In this document: positions 18,948-29,178 of the stretch, piece by piece
How positions within the stretch are numbered: the stretch's first letter is position 1
How the letters are laid out: the number at the start of each line of letters is the position of its first letter
Assembly: GCA_026786145.1 (NCBI GenBank)
Contig: JAJAYQ010000214.1
Coordinates: 1 to 37,725, forward strand
Source: Spirochaetaceae bacterium
GTDB taxonomy: Bacteria > Actinomycetota > Actinomycetes > JACCUZ01
DNA length: 37,725 nucleotides
Direction: 5' to 3'
Position numbers and translations under genes: made by a program
Notes under the pieces: model-generated
Seen by the model: the letters and a program-made list of their open reading frames with translations, nothing else
Databases searched by the model: none
What the model was told of the DNA's origin: nothing

Positions 18948-19694
18948 TCAGGTGCCGGTCACGTCGCGCAACCGGGCCCGCACCAGCGCCGTGTGCAGGC
19001 GCAACGACAGGGAGCCCATCTCGCGAGCGACCTCCTCGGCATGCGCCCTTGCCTGTGGGCTGCGTTGGCGCAGCAAGGGAGCCACGACCTGGCTCAGGAG
19101 GTCCGTCTCGCGCTCGGCCGCGGTGCGGAACGCCCGGAGGTGTCGCGGCTCGAGGCCGAAGGCGGTCATCTCGGCCACCACGGTGGCGATCACGAGGGCG
19201 TCCGCGTCATAGGCGGGGCTCGAACCGGGAGCACCGCGGACAGGTGCGAGCAGGCCGTAGCCCTCGATCTGCTCCAGCAGGCTCTCGTCGATGCCGGCGC
19301 CCTCCACCAACTCGTCGCGGGACAGCCGCAGCTCGACGCTCGAGGGAACCAGCGCCCGGGGTCCCGGCAGGCCGTCGCCGGCACTGCGCGGCACCCGGGG
19401 ACGCTCGCCCGGCACGGCGGGCGGCTCCAGCCCGCGGTCGATGGCGTCCACGTGCTCCCGGATCACGCGCAGGGGCAGGTAGTGGTCGCGCTGCGTGGCG
19501 AGGACGTAGCGCAGGCGCGCGACGTCGGCATGGCTGAACTTCCGGTATCCCGAGGGCGTGCGGGCGGGCTCGACGAGCCCTTCCGACTCCAGAAAACGGA
19601 TCTTGGAGACGGTGACCTCGGGGAACTCGGGTCGCAGCTCGCCGAGAACCTCTCCGATGCTCATCAGCGCCCGGGCAGGTAGGGCCGAGGCCAT
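18948..19694 (-). CDS. ftsR: MerR family regulator, FtsR/Rv1828-like
   Basis: 248 aa from ATG 19694; ATG 19664 is an alternative. The HTH is MSIGEVLGELRPEFPEVTVSKIRFLESEGLVEPARTPSGYRKFSHADVARLRYVL. It sits immediately downstream of the GarA/OdhI gene, as ftsR does in corynebacteria and mycobacteria. Confidence 0.75.
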   Translation of the reverse strand: MASALPARALMSIGEVLGELRPEFPEVTVSKIRFLESEGLVEPARTPSGYRKFSHADVARLRYVLATQRDHYLPLRVIREHVDAIDRGLEPPAVPGERPRVPRSAGDGLPGPRALVPSSVELRLSRDELVEGAGIDESLLEQIEGYGLLAPVRGAPGSSPAYDADALVIATVVAEMTAFGLEPRHLRAFRTAAERETDLLSQVVAPLLRQRSPQARAHAEEVAREMGSLSLRLHTALVRARLRDVTGT

Positions 19695-19699
19695 CCGGT

Positions 19700-20215
19700 C
19701 TAACCCCGCTGGCTGGGGTAGTACACGAGGCGGTACTTGCCTACCTGGACCTCGTCGCCGCCAGCGAGCTGCGTCTCCTCGATCCGGTCCCGGTTGACGT
19801 AGGTGCCGTTGAGGGAGCCGACGTCGCGCACCGCGAAGCCCTCACCGGCACGGACGAACTCGGCATGCCTGCGGGAGACCGTCACGTCGTCCAGGAAGAT
19901 GTCGCTGGAGGGGTGGCGCCCGGCGGTGGTCGTGTCCGAGTCGAGCAGGAACCGGCTGCCGGCGTTCGGGCCGCGGCGCACGACGAGCAGGGCCGAGCCC
20001 GTGGGAAGCGCGTCGATCGCGGCCTGGTCGGCACCCGAGAGCCCCTCGCTCTTCTCGGCGGCATCGCCCGGCTCGAAGCCGCCGCCGATGGTGATCGTCG
20101 AGGTTTCGTTCGGCGAAGCGGCCGGGGTCTCACCGGGGCGCAACGCGGCGCCGCAGTTGCTGCAGAACCGGGCGTCCTCGGCGTTCTGGTGACCGCACTG
20201 GGTGCAGGTCGGCAT
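19700..20215 (-). CDS. garA: FHA-domain regulator, GarA/OdhI orthologue with N-terminal zinc-ribbon
   Basis: 171 aa. The FHA core is nearly identical in pattern to GarA: GSALLVVRRGPNAGSRFLL...AGRHPSSDIFLDDVTVSRRHAEF...VGSLNGTYVNR...GDEVQVGKYRLVY. The N-terminus is CTQCGHQNAEDARFCSNCG followed by ETSTIT. Confidence 0.85.
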   Translation of the reverse strand: MPTCTQCGHQNAEDARFCSNCGAALRPGETPAASPNETSTITIGGGFEPGDAAEKSEGLSGADQAAIDALPTGSALLVVRRGPNAGSRFLLDSDTTTAGRHPSSDIFLDDVTVSRRHAEFVRAGEGFAVRDVGSLNGTYVNRDRIEETQLAGGDEVQVGKYRLVYYPSQRG

Positions 20216-20286
20216 CTGGGTGGCTCCCCTCTGGTCGGCCCGACCTTACCCTCGACCCGATGTTCAGGTCAGGGCGTCGGTGGAAA

Positions 20287-20664
20287 CTACCCGACCAGCC
20301 CAGCCTCGTACGTCCCGGCGTCGATCAGGCCTTCGGCGGGGCTGTCGTCGTCCGGCTTGATCGCCATCATCCAGCCCTCCCCGTAGGGGTCGGAGTTGAC
20401 CAGCTCGGGCGAGCCGTCGAGCACCTCGTTGCGCTCCACGACGGTGCCGGTGACAGGGGCGTAGACGTCCGACACGCTCTTGGTCGACTCGACCTCGCCG
20501 CAGGTCTCGCCCGCCGTGACGTGGGTGCCGGTCTCGGGCAGCGTCACGAAGACGATGTCGCCCAGGGCCTCCTGCGCGTAGTCGGTCACACCGACGCGCA
20601 CCGTCTCACCCTCGGCACGCACCCACTCGTGGTCCTTGGTGTACTGCAGGTCCTCCGGGCTCAC
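20287..20664 (-). CDS. gcvH: glycine cleavage system H protein
   Basis: 125 aa from GTG 20664 (GAGAGG RBS). The lipoyl-lysine context is GEVESTKSVSDVYAPV. YTKDHEWV is also present. Confidence 0.95.
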   Translation of the reverse strand: MSPEDLQYTKDHEWVRAEGETVRVGVTDYAQEALGDIVFVTLPETGTHVTAGETCGEVESTKSVSDVYAPVTGTVVERNEVLDGSPELVNSDPYGEGWMMAIKPDDDSPAEGLIDAGTYEAGLVG

Positions 20665-20733
20665 CGTGGCGCCTCTCTGCCGTCGTTGGAACGTTCGTCA
20701 TCTCTGCTGTCGAGTGTCATCTGCGTGCGGTCG

Positions 20734-21507
20734 TCACCCGCCGTCTCCCCAGGGCGCCGGGCGAGCGTAACGAGGCGACGGAGCAGCCCGCAAGGACGTG
20801 ATCAGCACCGAGGAGCGCTGCGTCACCAACCCCTGCGCCTCGCGCTGGCGCAGGACGTCGAGCACGCCGCCCGGGATGTCCAGCGCGGCGGCCAGCGTGC
20901 GTGACTCCCCGATGACGCGGAAGCGGTACGGCGAGACGAGCCGGGTCCCGTCCACCTCCACCCCACCCTCGACGTCGACCAGCGACGTGCTCGCCACGAC
21001 CCGGACCGCGGGGCCGGTCACCGTGGACACCTCGATCGCCTCGGCTCCTGCATCCCGGAGCTCCTGCAGGGCGTCCAGGAGCACGTCGGCACCTACCTGA
21101 CCCTCGACGTCGCTGATCGTCAGCTCGACGCCCGGCCCTCTCGCCGCCAGCGTCCCCGCGAGGATCCCGAGCACGCGGGTGCGCTCCCGCGCCTCCTCCA
21201 GAGCGGCCAGCGTGCCGGTGCTGCCGCCGGTGACCCTGTCGCGCGTCTCCTGCAGTGCCCGGGCCTCGGCCTGGAGCCGGCCGCCGCGCTCGGACACGTC
21301 GTCCAGGATGCGCACCAGGTCGGTCTGCCGCAGTCCGGTCAGCCCGGCGTCCTGGTTCGCGCGCACCTGAACGGCGGCGGCGAAGCCCAGGACCGCACAG
21401 AGCAGTGCAGCGACCAGCTGGGCGCGGGTGGCGCGCGGTCGCAAGGCCGACCGCAGCCGCGCCCGGCGCCGGGCGCCGTCGTCGTTGTCGTTGTCGGCTG
21501 GGGTCAT
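20734..21507 (-). CDS. DUF881 domain membrane protein (Rv1825-like)
   Basis: 257 aa. It has an N-terminal TM helix (LVAALLCAVLGFAAAV), a coiled-coil region, and a DUF881-like C-terminus (GPGVELTISD...LQELRDAGAEAIEV...SPYRFRVIG). ATGA overlap with the upstream gene. Confidence 0.8.
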   Translation of the reverse strand: MTPADNDNDDGARRRARLRSALRPRATRAQLVAALLCAVLGFAAAVQVRANQDAGLTGLRQTDLVRILDDVSERGGRLQAEARALQETRDRVTGGSTGTLAALEEARERTRVLGILAGTLAARGPGVELTISDVEGQVGADVLLDALQELRDAGAEAIEVSTVTGPAVRVVASTSLVDVEGGVEVDGTRLVSPYRFRVIGESRTLAAALDIPGGVLDVLRQREAQGLVTQRSSVLITSLRAAPSPRYARPAPWGDGG

Positions 21508-21836
21508 GCGCTGAAGAGGTGACGGCGGATGGCGGCGGCGTTGGAGAAGATCCTGATGCCCAGGACGACCACGACACCGGTGGACAGCTGCGACCCCACA
21601 CCCAGCTGGTCGCCCAGGTAGACGATGACCGCGGCCACGAGCACGTTGGCCACGAACGACACCACGAAGACCCGGTCGTCGAAGATGCCGTCGAGCAGCG
21701 CGCGCAGGCCACCGAACACGGCGTCGAGCGCCGCGACGACAGCGATCGGCAGGTAGGGCTGCAGCCAGGACGGCACGGTGGGCTCGAGGAAGAGCCCGGC
21801 AACAATGCCGAGCACCAGGCCGATCGCGGCGATCAC
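21504..21836 (-). CDS. small basic family membrane protein (DUF1290, Sbp/Rv1824-like)
   Basis: 110 aa from GTG 21836 (GTGA overlap with the upstream stop). Hydrophobic sequence: IAAIGLVLGIVAGLF...VFGGLRA...VVLGIRIFSN. Confidence 0.75.
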   Translation of the reverse strand: MIAAIGLVLGIVAGLFLEPTVPSWLQPYLPIAVVAALDAVFGGLRALLDGIFDDRVFVVSFVANVLVAAVIVYLGDQLGVGSQLSTGVVVVLGIRIFSNAAAIRRHLFSA

Positions 21837-22723
21837 TGTGTGCTCGTCCTGTCCCTCGGGCCGGGCTTCGCTCCGGAGGGTACGTCGCTGGGCGTGGTGG
21901 CGTAGCGCAGGCGCAGTCCCGCCGAGGCCGGCAGCTCCACCTCGTCGCGGTCCTCGACGGTGAAGTCGATGCCGTAGTCGCGCAGCACCTGCAGATAGCT
22001 GCCGCCGAATCCGCCCACGAAGACGGCGCGCATGGACGGCGGTCCGACCGCCTGCACCTCGTAGGGCGGGCTGAGCGGCCGAAAGTCGACGAGGATGGCC
22101 TCGCCGGCGGACCGGATCGCGCTCAGCGAGGTGAGGCGCTGCTCGTTGACGGCGACGGCCTCGGCGCCGGCGGCCCAGACCTCGTTGACGACCGTCTGCA
22201 GGTCACGGTCGCTGACCCGGCCCTCGACGGCGTCGGTCGTCCGCGGATCGCCGTCGCTGTCGTCGGCCTCGGCCGTGACCTGGGTGAGCCGCACCGACAT
22301 CCCGGGCCCCGTCACACCGCTGGCACCGGTGGTCGACTCGAGAGCGGACAGGACCCGCGCCAGGCGCGACCCTTGTGTCGTGATCCGCAACCCGGCACGG
22401 CGCTCGTCCGAGACCGCTGCCCGCTCCGTCGCGAGCGAGGCCTCCAGCCGCTCGTTGGCCCCGGTCCGGTCCTCGATCTCCGTGACCAGCTCGGAGCGGG
22501 CCTGCGCGGTCGCCGGGGCGCGGTCCCGGGCCTGGGCGGCCGCCGTGGTGAGCAGCAAACCGATCGCCACCAGGCCGGACGCGAGGATCACCCGCCCGTA
22601 CCGGGTCGGCGGTGCGCCCTGCTTTCTGCGCGCCGCCGCCCGGGCGTACCCGGCGTCGAGGGAGTCCTCACCGAGGGAGGTCAGCAGCACCATGGACGCG
22701 TCGCGGCGCGGGGATTCGGACAC
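21833..22723 (-). CDS. DUF881 domain membrane protein (Rv1823-like)
   Basis: About 296 aa from GTG 22723; ATG 22693 is an alternative. It has a TM helix (VILASGLVAIGLLLTTAAA). The DUF881 core is GPGMSVRLT...VNEVWAAGAEAVAVN...SPPYEVQAVG. The rest of the 596-aa track ORF overlaps the upstream gene in another frame. Confidence 0.75.
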   Translation of the reverse strand: MSESPRRDASMVLLTSLGEDSLDAGYARAAARRKQGAPPTRYGRVILASGLVAIGLLLTTAAAQARDRAPATAQARSELVTEIEDRTGANERLEASLATERAAVSDERRAGLRITTQGSRLARVLSALESTTGASGVTGPGMSVRLTQVTAEADDSDGDPRTTDAVEGRVSDRDLQTVVNEVWAAGAEAVAVNEQRLTSLSAIRSAGEAILVDFRPLSPPYEVQAVGPPSMRAVFVGGFGGSYLQVLRDYGIDFTVEDRDEVELPASAGLRLRYATTPSDVPSGAKPGPRDRTSTQ

Positions 22724-22743
22724 GGGGCCATGCTCGCAGACCC

Positions 22744-25239
22744 TCAGCCCTCGGTCCTGCCCAGCACCGTCACCCATCTGTCCATCAGGGCACCCGCGGT
22801 CGCGTCGTCCGCGGCTTCGGTCCACACGTGGGTGACCGGCTCGGTGAGGTCGGGCAGGATCAGGGCCCAGCGCCCGTCGGCCTCGACGACCCGCACCCCG
22901 TCGGTGGTGTCGAGGAGCCGGTCCCCGGCCTCCTCGACGACCGTGCGCATGACCCTGCCCTTGGCGGCCCACGGCGTGGGTACTGCCCGGCGTACGACAT
23001 GGCTCTGCGGGATGCGGGCGTCGATCTCCGAGAGCTGCAGCTGGGTACGCGCCACGAGCCCGAGCAGCTGCACGAACGCGGCGATCCCGTCGAAGGTGCT
23101 GCTGAAGGACGGGACCACGAACCCCCCTCGGCCGTCGCCGCCGAACACGACATCCTTGGTGGTGACCGCTTCGGTCAGCGCCGCCGGCGTGAGCGCGGTC
23201 CAGTGGATGTCGACGCCGTGGAAGACCGCCACCTGCTCGGCGACACGGGTGGTGATGACGGGCAGCGCCACGGTGCCACCGGTGGCCTCGGCTGCCACGA
23301 GGTCGAGGACGACGAGCAGGGCCCGCTCGTCGTCGATCGGTGAGCCTCGCTCGTCCACGATCGAGAGCCGCTCGCCGACCGGGTCGAAGTGCACACCGAA
23401 GGCCGCCTTGGACGACGACACGAGCTGTCCGAGCCGGCGCATCGCCTCCCGACGTTCCTCGGCGGTCTCGGTCGGGGACGTCTCGTTGAGCCCGTTGTTG
23501 ACGGTGAGGGCGTCCACGCCCAGCCGCCCGAGCAGCGAGGGCAGGACGAGGGAGGCGGTGCCGCCGCCCGTGTCGACCACCACCTTCAGGCCCGACGACT
23601 TCAGGCCTGTCGTGTCCACGCACCGCAGCAGCTCGAGGGCGTAGGCCTCCATCACCCGCGGCGGGAACGACAGGTCGCCGATCTCCCCGGGGAAAGCGCG
23701 ACGGAACTCCCCGCGGGAGAACATCCGCTCGAGCTTGTGCTGGGAGGCCTGGGAGAGGTCGGCGCCCTGGTTGTCGAGGAAGGAGATGTCGACACTCTCG
23801 GGCTGGCCGGGGCTGGTCCTGATCAGCACACCTCCGGCGCTGCCCTGGGCGGTCTGGAGCCGCGCCACCGGCACTGGCACGACTTCCAGGTCGACCACGT
23901 CGATGGCGCTCGAGGTCAGCGCACTGATGACGGCGCGCTTGAGCGCACGCGCTGGCCGGGACACGTCACGTGAGGTGGTGACGGTCGAGCCCTTCTTCAG
24001 CGTCGACGCCCAGGCCGAGGCGAGGCGGACTGCCAGCTCGGGGGTGATCTCGACGTTGACGATGCCGGACACGCCGCGCGGGCCGAAGAGGGCACGCTGC
24101 CCACGGGTCTCGAAGATGACGTCCGAGGTGACGACCGAACCGGCGTCGACGGTCTTGAAGGGGTAGATCCGTACGCCGGCCGAGACGATGGCCTCGTCCT
24201 CGATCACGCACTCGTCCCCGACGACAGCGCCCTCGTCGATGCGCGCCGAACGCATCACGTCGGTGTTCTTCCCGATGACACAGGCCCGGAGATTCGTGTG
24301 CGGCCCGATGAAGACGTTGTCGTGGACGACCGCCCGGTGCAGGAAGGCCGAGTTCTTCACGATCACGTTGCTGCCGATGACGGTGAACTCGCGCAGCTCG
24401 GCACCCGCCTCGATCTTCGCGTAGTCGCCGATAAACAGCGGACCCTTGAGCACCGCGTCGGGGTGCACGTCGGCGCCCTCGGCGATCCACACCCCCGGAG
24501 ACATCTCGAACGCGTCCAGATCGACGTCGACGCGTCCGTTGAGCACGTCGGCCTGGGCCGTCATGTAGGACTCGTGGGTCCCGACGTCCTCCCAGTAGCC
24601 CTCGGCGATGTATCCGTAGATGGGCAGGCCGTCCGCGACCAGCTTGGGGAAGACGTCACCCGACCAGTCGACGGCCTCTCCGGCCGTGACGTAGTCGAAG
24701 ACCTCGGGCTCCATCACGTAGATCCCGGTGTTGACGGTGTCGCTGAACACCTGGCCCCAGGTCGGCTTCTCCAGGAAGCGTTGCACCCGATGCTGGTCGT
24801 CGACGATGGTGATGCCGAACTCCAGGGGGTCGGGCACACGGGTGAGGCAGACGGTGACCAGCGCACCCTTGTCGTGATGGAACTTGACCAGGTCCGTGAG
24901 GTCGAAGTCGGTCAGGGCGTCACCGGAGATCACCAGGAAGGTGTCGTCGCGCAGGAGCGCTTCGGCGTTCTTGACGCTGCCGGCTGTGCCCAACGGCGTC
25001 TCCTCCGTCGCATAGTGCAGCTGCATCCCGAACTCTTCGCCGTCGCCGAAGTAGTTGCGCACCACGCTCGCCAGGAACTGCACCGTGACCACGGTCTCGG
25101 TGAACCCGTGCCGCTGCAGGAGCCGGAGGACGTGTTCCATGATCGGCTTGTTCACGATCGGGAGCAGCGGCTTGGGCATGCTCGCCGTCATCGGGCGCAA
25201 TCGGGTGCCCTCTCCCCCGGCCATCACGACGGCCTTCAC
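22744..25239 (-). CDS. NDP-sugar pyrophosphorylase (mannose-1-phosphate guanylyltransferase-like) fused to left-handed beta-helix and phosphohexomutase-like domains
   Basis: 831 aa from GTG 25239 (GTGA overlap with the upstream stop). The N-terminal signature is [17 protein letters not shown]...KPLLP, followed by a hexapeptide-repeat region. The C-terminal four-domain mutase-like part has non-canonical catalytic loops (see findings). Confidence 0.85.
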   Translation of the reverse strand: MKAVVMAGGEGTRLRPMTASMPKPLLPIVNKPIMEHVLRLLQRHGFTETVVTVQFLASVVRNYFGDGEEFGMQLHYATEETPLGTAGSVKNAEALLRDDTFLVISGDALTDFDLTDLVKFHHDKGALVTVCLTRVPDPLEFGITIVDDQHRVQRFLEKPTWGQVFSDTVNTGIYVMEPEVFDYVTAGEAVDWSGDVFPKLVADGLPIYGYIAEGYWEDVGTHESYMTAQADVLNGRVDVDLDAFEMSPGVWIAEGADVHPDAVLKGPLFIGDYAKIEAGAELREFTVIGSNVIVKNSAFLHRAVVHDNVFIGPHTNLRACVIGKNTDVMRSARIDEGAVVGDECVIEDEAIVSAGVRIYPFKTVDAGSVVTSDVIFETRGQRALFGPRGVSGIVNVEITPELAVRLASAWASTLKKGSTVTTSRDVSRPARALKRAVISALTSSAIDVVDLEVVPVPVARLQTAQGSAGGVLIRTSPGQPESVDISFLDNQGADLSQASQHKLERMFSRGEFRRAFPGEIGDLSFPPRVMEAYALELLRCVDTTGLKSSGLKVVVDTGGGTASLVLPSLLGRLGVDALTVNNGLNETSPTETAEERREAMRRLGQLVSSSKAAFGVHFDPVGERLSIVDERGSPIDDERALLVVLDLVAAEATGGTVALPVITTRVAEQVAVFHGVDIHWTALTPAALTEAVTTKDVVFGGDGRGGFVVPSFSSTFDGIAAFVQLLGLVARTQLQLSEIDARIPQSHVVRRAVPTPWAAKGRVMRTVVEEAGDRLLDTTDGVRVVEADGRWALILPDLTEPVTHVWTEAADDATAGALMDRWVTVLGRTEG

Positions 25240-25853
25240 AGCCCTACCTCTCCCACGCTGCCAGTGTGCTCCGCGCGGGCGGCGAGCACCACCTGGCGTA
25301 CCTGGACGACGTAGAGGACCCCTGCCCACAGATAGAGCGCCGTACCCCAGATGGCAAAGGCCCAGCCGAAGGCGTGCGCAACCTGGCTGACCAGGCTCTC
25401 GCCCTCGCCCAGGAGCAGCAGCGGAAATCCCGACAGGAGGTTGAAGGTCGCCGCTTTGCCCAGATAGTGCACCGGCAGGGGGCCGTGGCCGTAGCGCCGG
25501 AGAACGGGGAGCGTGGTCGCCAGGAAGAGGTCCCTCCCGACCAGGGTGAGGGTCAACCACAGCGGGACCACGTCTCGCACGGTGAGCCCGATCAGGGTGG
25601 CGAGGATGTAGAGCCGGTCCGCGGCCGGGTCCAGCAGGGCGCCGACCCGCGACATCTGGTTCCAGGCGCGGGCGATCTTCCCGTCGAGGTAGTCGGTCAC
25701 GCCGCTGACCATGAGCACGGCGACCGCGAAGCCGTCGCGCTCGGTCAGGACCAGCCAGAGGAAGAGCGGCACACCGAGCAGTCGCAGCACGCTCAGCGCG
25801 TTCGGCAGGGTGAGGATGCGCGAGCCGTCACCGGCCTGCTGACCGGGCTGCAC
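25236..25853 (-). CDS. CDP-alcohol phosphatidyltransferase (PgsA/eukaryote-type cardiolipin synthase family, Rv1822-like)
   Basis: 205 aa from GTG 25853 (GGAGG 8 nt upstream). The CDP-OH-P motif is [27 protein letters not shown]. It is a multi-pass hydrophobic protein. Confidence 0.85.
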   Translation of the reverse strand: MQPGQQAGDGSRILTLPNALSVLRLLGVPLFLWLVLTERDGFAVAVLMVSGVTDYLDGKIARAWNQMSRVGALLDPAADRLYILATLIGLTVRDVVPLWLTLTLVGRDLFLATTLPVLRRYGHGPLPVHYLGKAATFNLLSGFPLLLLGEGESLVSQVAHAFGWAFAIWGTALYLWAGVLYVVQVRQVVLAARAEHTGSVGEVGL

Positions 25854-25914
25854 CTCAGGCTCCTCCCATGAGCTGGACCGACGTCCCCGACCCTATCCGC
25901 CGGTGCCCGGCCCG

Positions 25915-27678
25915 CTAGTGGTCCCGGCTGGGCGCCGGCAGGTCGGCCACCACCACCCGCCTGTCATCAGCCCCGCGGCGGGTGAGCCCGCGCCGGTCCA
26001 GAAGCTCCAGCAGCGGGACCGCCACGCGCCGCGTGGTGCCCAGCGCGGTACGAGCCTCGCTGACGGTGAAGGGCGCCCGGATGTCGCGGAGCACGGCGGC
26101 GGCCGCCCGGTCGGCGCCGGCGAGGAGCACGACGCCCTCACTGATCCGGACGAGCACGCCGGCTCGCTCCGCTGCGGCGATCTCCCGGACCCCCAGCCCC
26201 AGCGCAGCCAGCCGGGCGGCCTCTGGGGCGACGTACGGGGTCCCGGCCAGCTCGGCCTCGAGAGCGGCGACAGCAGCACCCACGACCGGGGGCAGGGTAC
26301 TGCGCGAGGTGTCGACGACGCGGCCACCGCGCAGCTCGAGCGGAGCGGTGAGCAGCGCCGCGACCAGGGCGCGGTCCGGGAGCCCCAGGTCACGGCGGAC
26401 GGACTCGACGGTCGGGCCAGGTTCGAGCGGGTTAGCCCGGACGTGGCCCTCGACCGTCGCCCGCACCCTCCGCCTGAGCCGTTCCGCGTGAGGCGGGTGG
26501 ACCACCCACTCCCCGGTCAGGGGCGCCACGGGTGGGGCCGCGCCGAGCCGGCGCAGATCCCCGACCGAGAGGATCCCGTGGCGGGCCAGCAGCGACGCCG
26601 CGTCGAGGGCGTCCAGCTCGCGGCCACGGGCGGTCCCGGCGCCGCGGCCCAACAGTGCCGGCGGGCTCGGGTCGAGGACCGTCGCTCGGGACACGACGCG
26701 GTGCCGGCCGGGATCGCGGAGCAGCCCGACGTCGCCCGCACGCAGCGGCAAGGGCGTACGCAGGGTGAGGCGGGCTGAGTCTGCGCCCAGGACGCGGACC
26801 CGGACCGCGACGGCTGCCGACCCGATGTGCAGGGTGGCCTGCGCCGGCACCTTCGTGGTGGTGAGGCGGACGTCCACCGTCGAGGTGGGCCGCCACGCCC
26901 CTGGGCGCAGCAACGCGTCGCCCCGGCGGACGTCCGCGACGTCGATGCCGCGGAGGTTTATCGCGACGCGCCCGACGGCAGCCACGGACCCCACGGCAGC
27001 GCCGAGGGACTCGAGACCCCGGATCGACACAGCTCGCCCGTTCAGCTCCACCTCGTCGCGCTCGTCGAGGGTCCCGGCGGTGAGAGTGCCGGTGACGACC
27101 GTCCCGGCACCGCGGATGGAGAACGACCGGTCCACCCAGAGGCGGACGGGGGCGTCCGGGTCCGGGGTCGGGAGTGCAGCGGTCATCTCTATGAGGCGCG
27201 CGCGGAGCTCCCCGAGCCCGGCTCCCCTCGGGGCGCTGACCGGCACACATGGCACGGCACCCATCGACGTGCTGCGCAGGCGCTCCGCGACGTCCCGTGC
27301 GACGTCGCCGGGGTCGGCGCGGTCGCTGCGGGTCACGGCCACCACCGCGTGACGCACGCCGAGGGCGTCCAGTGCGGCGACGTGCTCCTCGGTCTGTGGC
27401 ATCCAGCCCTCGTCGGCGGCGACCACGAGCAGGACGGCCGGGACCGGGCCGACCCCGGCGAGCATGTTGGGCACGAAGCGCTCGTGGCCGGGTACGTCGA
27501 CGAAGGCCACCGTCGTCGTCCCTGCCGGCGTCACCAGATCCGTCCAGGCGAAGCCGAGGTCGATGGTCATCCCCCGGCGCTGCTCCTCGGCCCAGCGGTC
27601 CGGGTCGGTGCCGGTGAGTGCGCGGACGAGGGTGGACTTCCCATGGTCCACGTGGCCTGCGGTCGCGACGACGTGCAT
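25915..27678 (-). CDS. selB: selenocysteine-specific translation elongation factor SelB
   Basis: 587 aa from ATG 27678 (TGATG overlap with the selA stop). The GTPase G1 motif is [17 protein letters not shown], with DVPGHERF also present. The long C-terminal winged-helix region is typical of SelB. Confidence 0.9.
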   Translation of the reverse strand: MHVVATAGHVDHGKSTLVRALTGTDPDRWAEEQRRGMTIDLGFAWTDLVTPAGTTTVAFVDVPGHERFVPNMLAGVGPVPAVLLVVAADEGWMPQTEEHVAALDALGVRHAVVAVTRSDRADPGDVARDVAERLRSTSMGAVPCVPVSAPRGAGLGELRARLIEMTAALPTPDPDAPVRLWVDRSFSIRGAGTVVTGTLTAGTLDERDEVELNGRAVSIRGLESLGAAVGSVAAVGRVAINLRGIDVADVRRGDALLRPGAWRPTSTVDVRLTTTKVPAQATLHIGSAAVAVRVRVLGADSARLTLRTPLPLRAGDVGLLRDPGRHRVVSRATVLDPSPPALLGRGAGTARGRELDALDAASLLARHGILSVGDLRRLGAAPPVAPLTGEWVVHPPHAERLRRRVRATVEGHVRANPLEPGPTVESVRRDLGLPDRALVAALLTAPLELRGGRVVDTSRSTLPPVVGAAVAALEAELAGTPYVAPEAARLAALGLGVREIAAAERAGVLVRISEGVVLLAGADRAAAAVLRDIRAPFTVSEARTALGTTRRVAVPLLELLDRRGLTRRGADDRRVVVADLPAPSRDH

Positions 27679-29009
27679 CAACCGGCTCTGCGCGCTGCGT
27701 CCAGGACGGCGTTCAGCAGGTCGGTGTCGCGCTCGGCCGGGACGCAGCGCAGGTCCAGCAGCAGGCGACCCCGCTCCACCCGGCCGAGCACCGCCGTGAC
27801 CCCTGTACGCAGCGGCGCCGCCAGGTGCTCCGACAACGCGACGGCCGAGCCGGGCAGCAGGACACCTGGCGCTCCGCCGCCTCCGACGACACCGTCGGAT
27901 TCCACCGGCTCGGCGGGCACCCCTTCGGCCTGCAGCCGATCGGCGAGGCCCGTGGCCCGGGCGCGCAGGTCGACGGGGTCGGCGTGCAGGGCGACCCGGG
28001 TCGGTGTGGGAGCCCCGCCGAGGGTGGCCTCCAGCGCGGCGAGGGTGAGCTTGTCCACGCGCAGCGCCCTGGCGACGGGATGCCGGCGCAACCGGTCGAT
28101 GATCCCGGCCTCCCCCAGCAGCAGGCCGGCCTGCGGCCCGCCGAGCAGCTTGTCGCCGCTGGCCGTGACCAGGGAGCCGCCCGCTCGCAGCGCGGTCGCC
28201 GCGTCCGGCTCGTCCGGCAGCAGCGGCTCGGGAGCGAGCAGCCCCGACCCGATGTCGACGACGACAGGCACCGGCAGCGCAGTGAGCGCCTCGACACCGA
28301 CGCCCGCGGTGAAGCCGGACATGACGAAGTTGGACGGGTGCACCTTGAGGACGAACGCGGTGTCCGGGCCCAGAGCGCCGGCGTAGTCCTCGATCGTCGT
28401 CCGGTTGGTGGTGCCCACCTCGCGGAGGCGAGCCCCGGCCGCCTCGATCAGCTCGGGCAGCCGGAAGCCGTCGCCGATCTCCACCAGCTCCCCCCTGCTG
28501 ACGACCACCTCCCGCCCGGCGGCGAGAACGGCGGCTGCGAGCAGCAGGGCGGCAGCGCCGTTGTTGACCACGTGCACGTCACCGGCGTCGGGGACCGCCC
28601 GGCGCAGGGCGGCCAGGGTCGCTCGCCCGCGCTGGGACCGGCGCCCGGTTGCGAGGTCGAGCTCCACGTCGGTCGTGCCGCTCGCGGCGACCACCGCCTC
28701 CACCGCCTGCGGTGACAGCGGGGCCCGGCCGAGGTTGGTGTGCAGGACGACACCGGTGGCGTTGAGGACGGGACGCTGCGAGGACGCGTGTTCCGGCAAC
28801 CGCTCGAGCACGGCACCCACGAGGTCGTCCCGGTCGAGCCGCCCGGCGCGTACCTCGTGCTGTACGTCGGCCACGACCGACTTGACGCGGTCGCGGCCCA
28901 GGCGGTCGGCGCGTTCGACGAGCCGCGGGTCGGCCAGCACCACGTCGGTCCGCGGCACGGAACGGCGCGGGTCGTCGGTCCGGTCGATGGAAGAGGCGTC
29001 GGCGACCAC
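27678..29009 (-). CDS. selA: L-seryl-tRNA(Sec) selenium transferase SelA
   Basis: 443 aa from GTG 29009. Motifs: [19 protein letters not shown] and the PLP-lysine context [18 protein letters not shown] lies 6 nt upstream of the GTG. Confidence 0.9.
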   Translation of the reverse strand: MVADASSIDRTDDPRRSVPRTDVVLADPRLVERADRLGRDRVKSVVADVQHEVRAGRLDRDDLVGAVLERLPEHASSQRPVLNATGVVLHTNLGRAPLSPQAVEAVVAASGTTDVELDLATGRRSQRGRATLAALRRAVPDAGDVHVVNNGAAALLLAAAVLAAGREVVVSRGELVEIGDGFRLPELIEAAGARLREVGTTNRTTIEDYAGALGPDTAFVLKVHPSNFVMSGFTAGVGVEALTALPVPVVVDIGSGLLAPEPLLPDEPDAATALRAGGSLVTASGDKLLGGPQAGLLLGEAGIIDRLRRHPVARALRVDKLTLAALEATLGGAPTPTRVALHADPVDLRARATGLADRLQAEGVPAEPVESDGVVGGGGAPGVLLPGSAVALSEHLAAPLRTGVTAVLGRVERGRLLLDLRCVPAERDTDLLNAVLDAARRAG

Positions 29010-29015
29010 GCCCGC

Positions 29016-29028
29016 ACCCTACGTCGGG
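29016..29028 (-). promoter_or_regulatory. 13-nt motif CCCGACGTAGGGT (contains -10-like TAGGGT) 6 nt upstream of the selA GTG
   Basis: Minus strand reads CCCGACGTAGGGT-gcgggc-GTG. It is identical to the motif in front of selD. Confidence 0.45.
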
Positions 29029-29047
29029 TGCAGCCGGTCGAGGGCGG

Positions 29048-29140
29048 CGGAGGCGGACGGGAATCGAACCCGCCTGGCCGAGATCCTCGGCCACGTCGGT
29101 TTTGAAGACCGCGGGGGCCACCAGACACCCTGACGCCTCC
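29048..29140 (-). tRNA. selC: tRNA-Sec (anticodon UCA)
   Basis: Minus strand: GGAGGCGTCAGGGTGTCTGGTGGCCCCCGCGGTCTTCAAAACCGACGTGGCCGAGGATCTCGGCCAGGCGGGTTCGATTCCCGTCCGCCTCCG. The anticodon loop is CTTCAAA (UCA). The long variable arm is GGCCGAG-GAT-CTCGGCC. The T-loop is GGTTCGATTCC. The acceptor plus T helix totals about 13 bp. CCA is not encoded (next bases are CCG). Confidence 0.85.
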
Positions 29141-29178
29141 CAGGCTTCCGCCCGACGGCCAGGGTAGCCATCTGTGCG

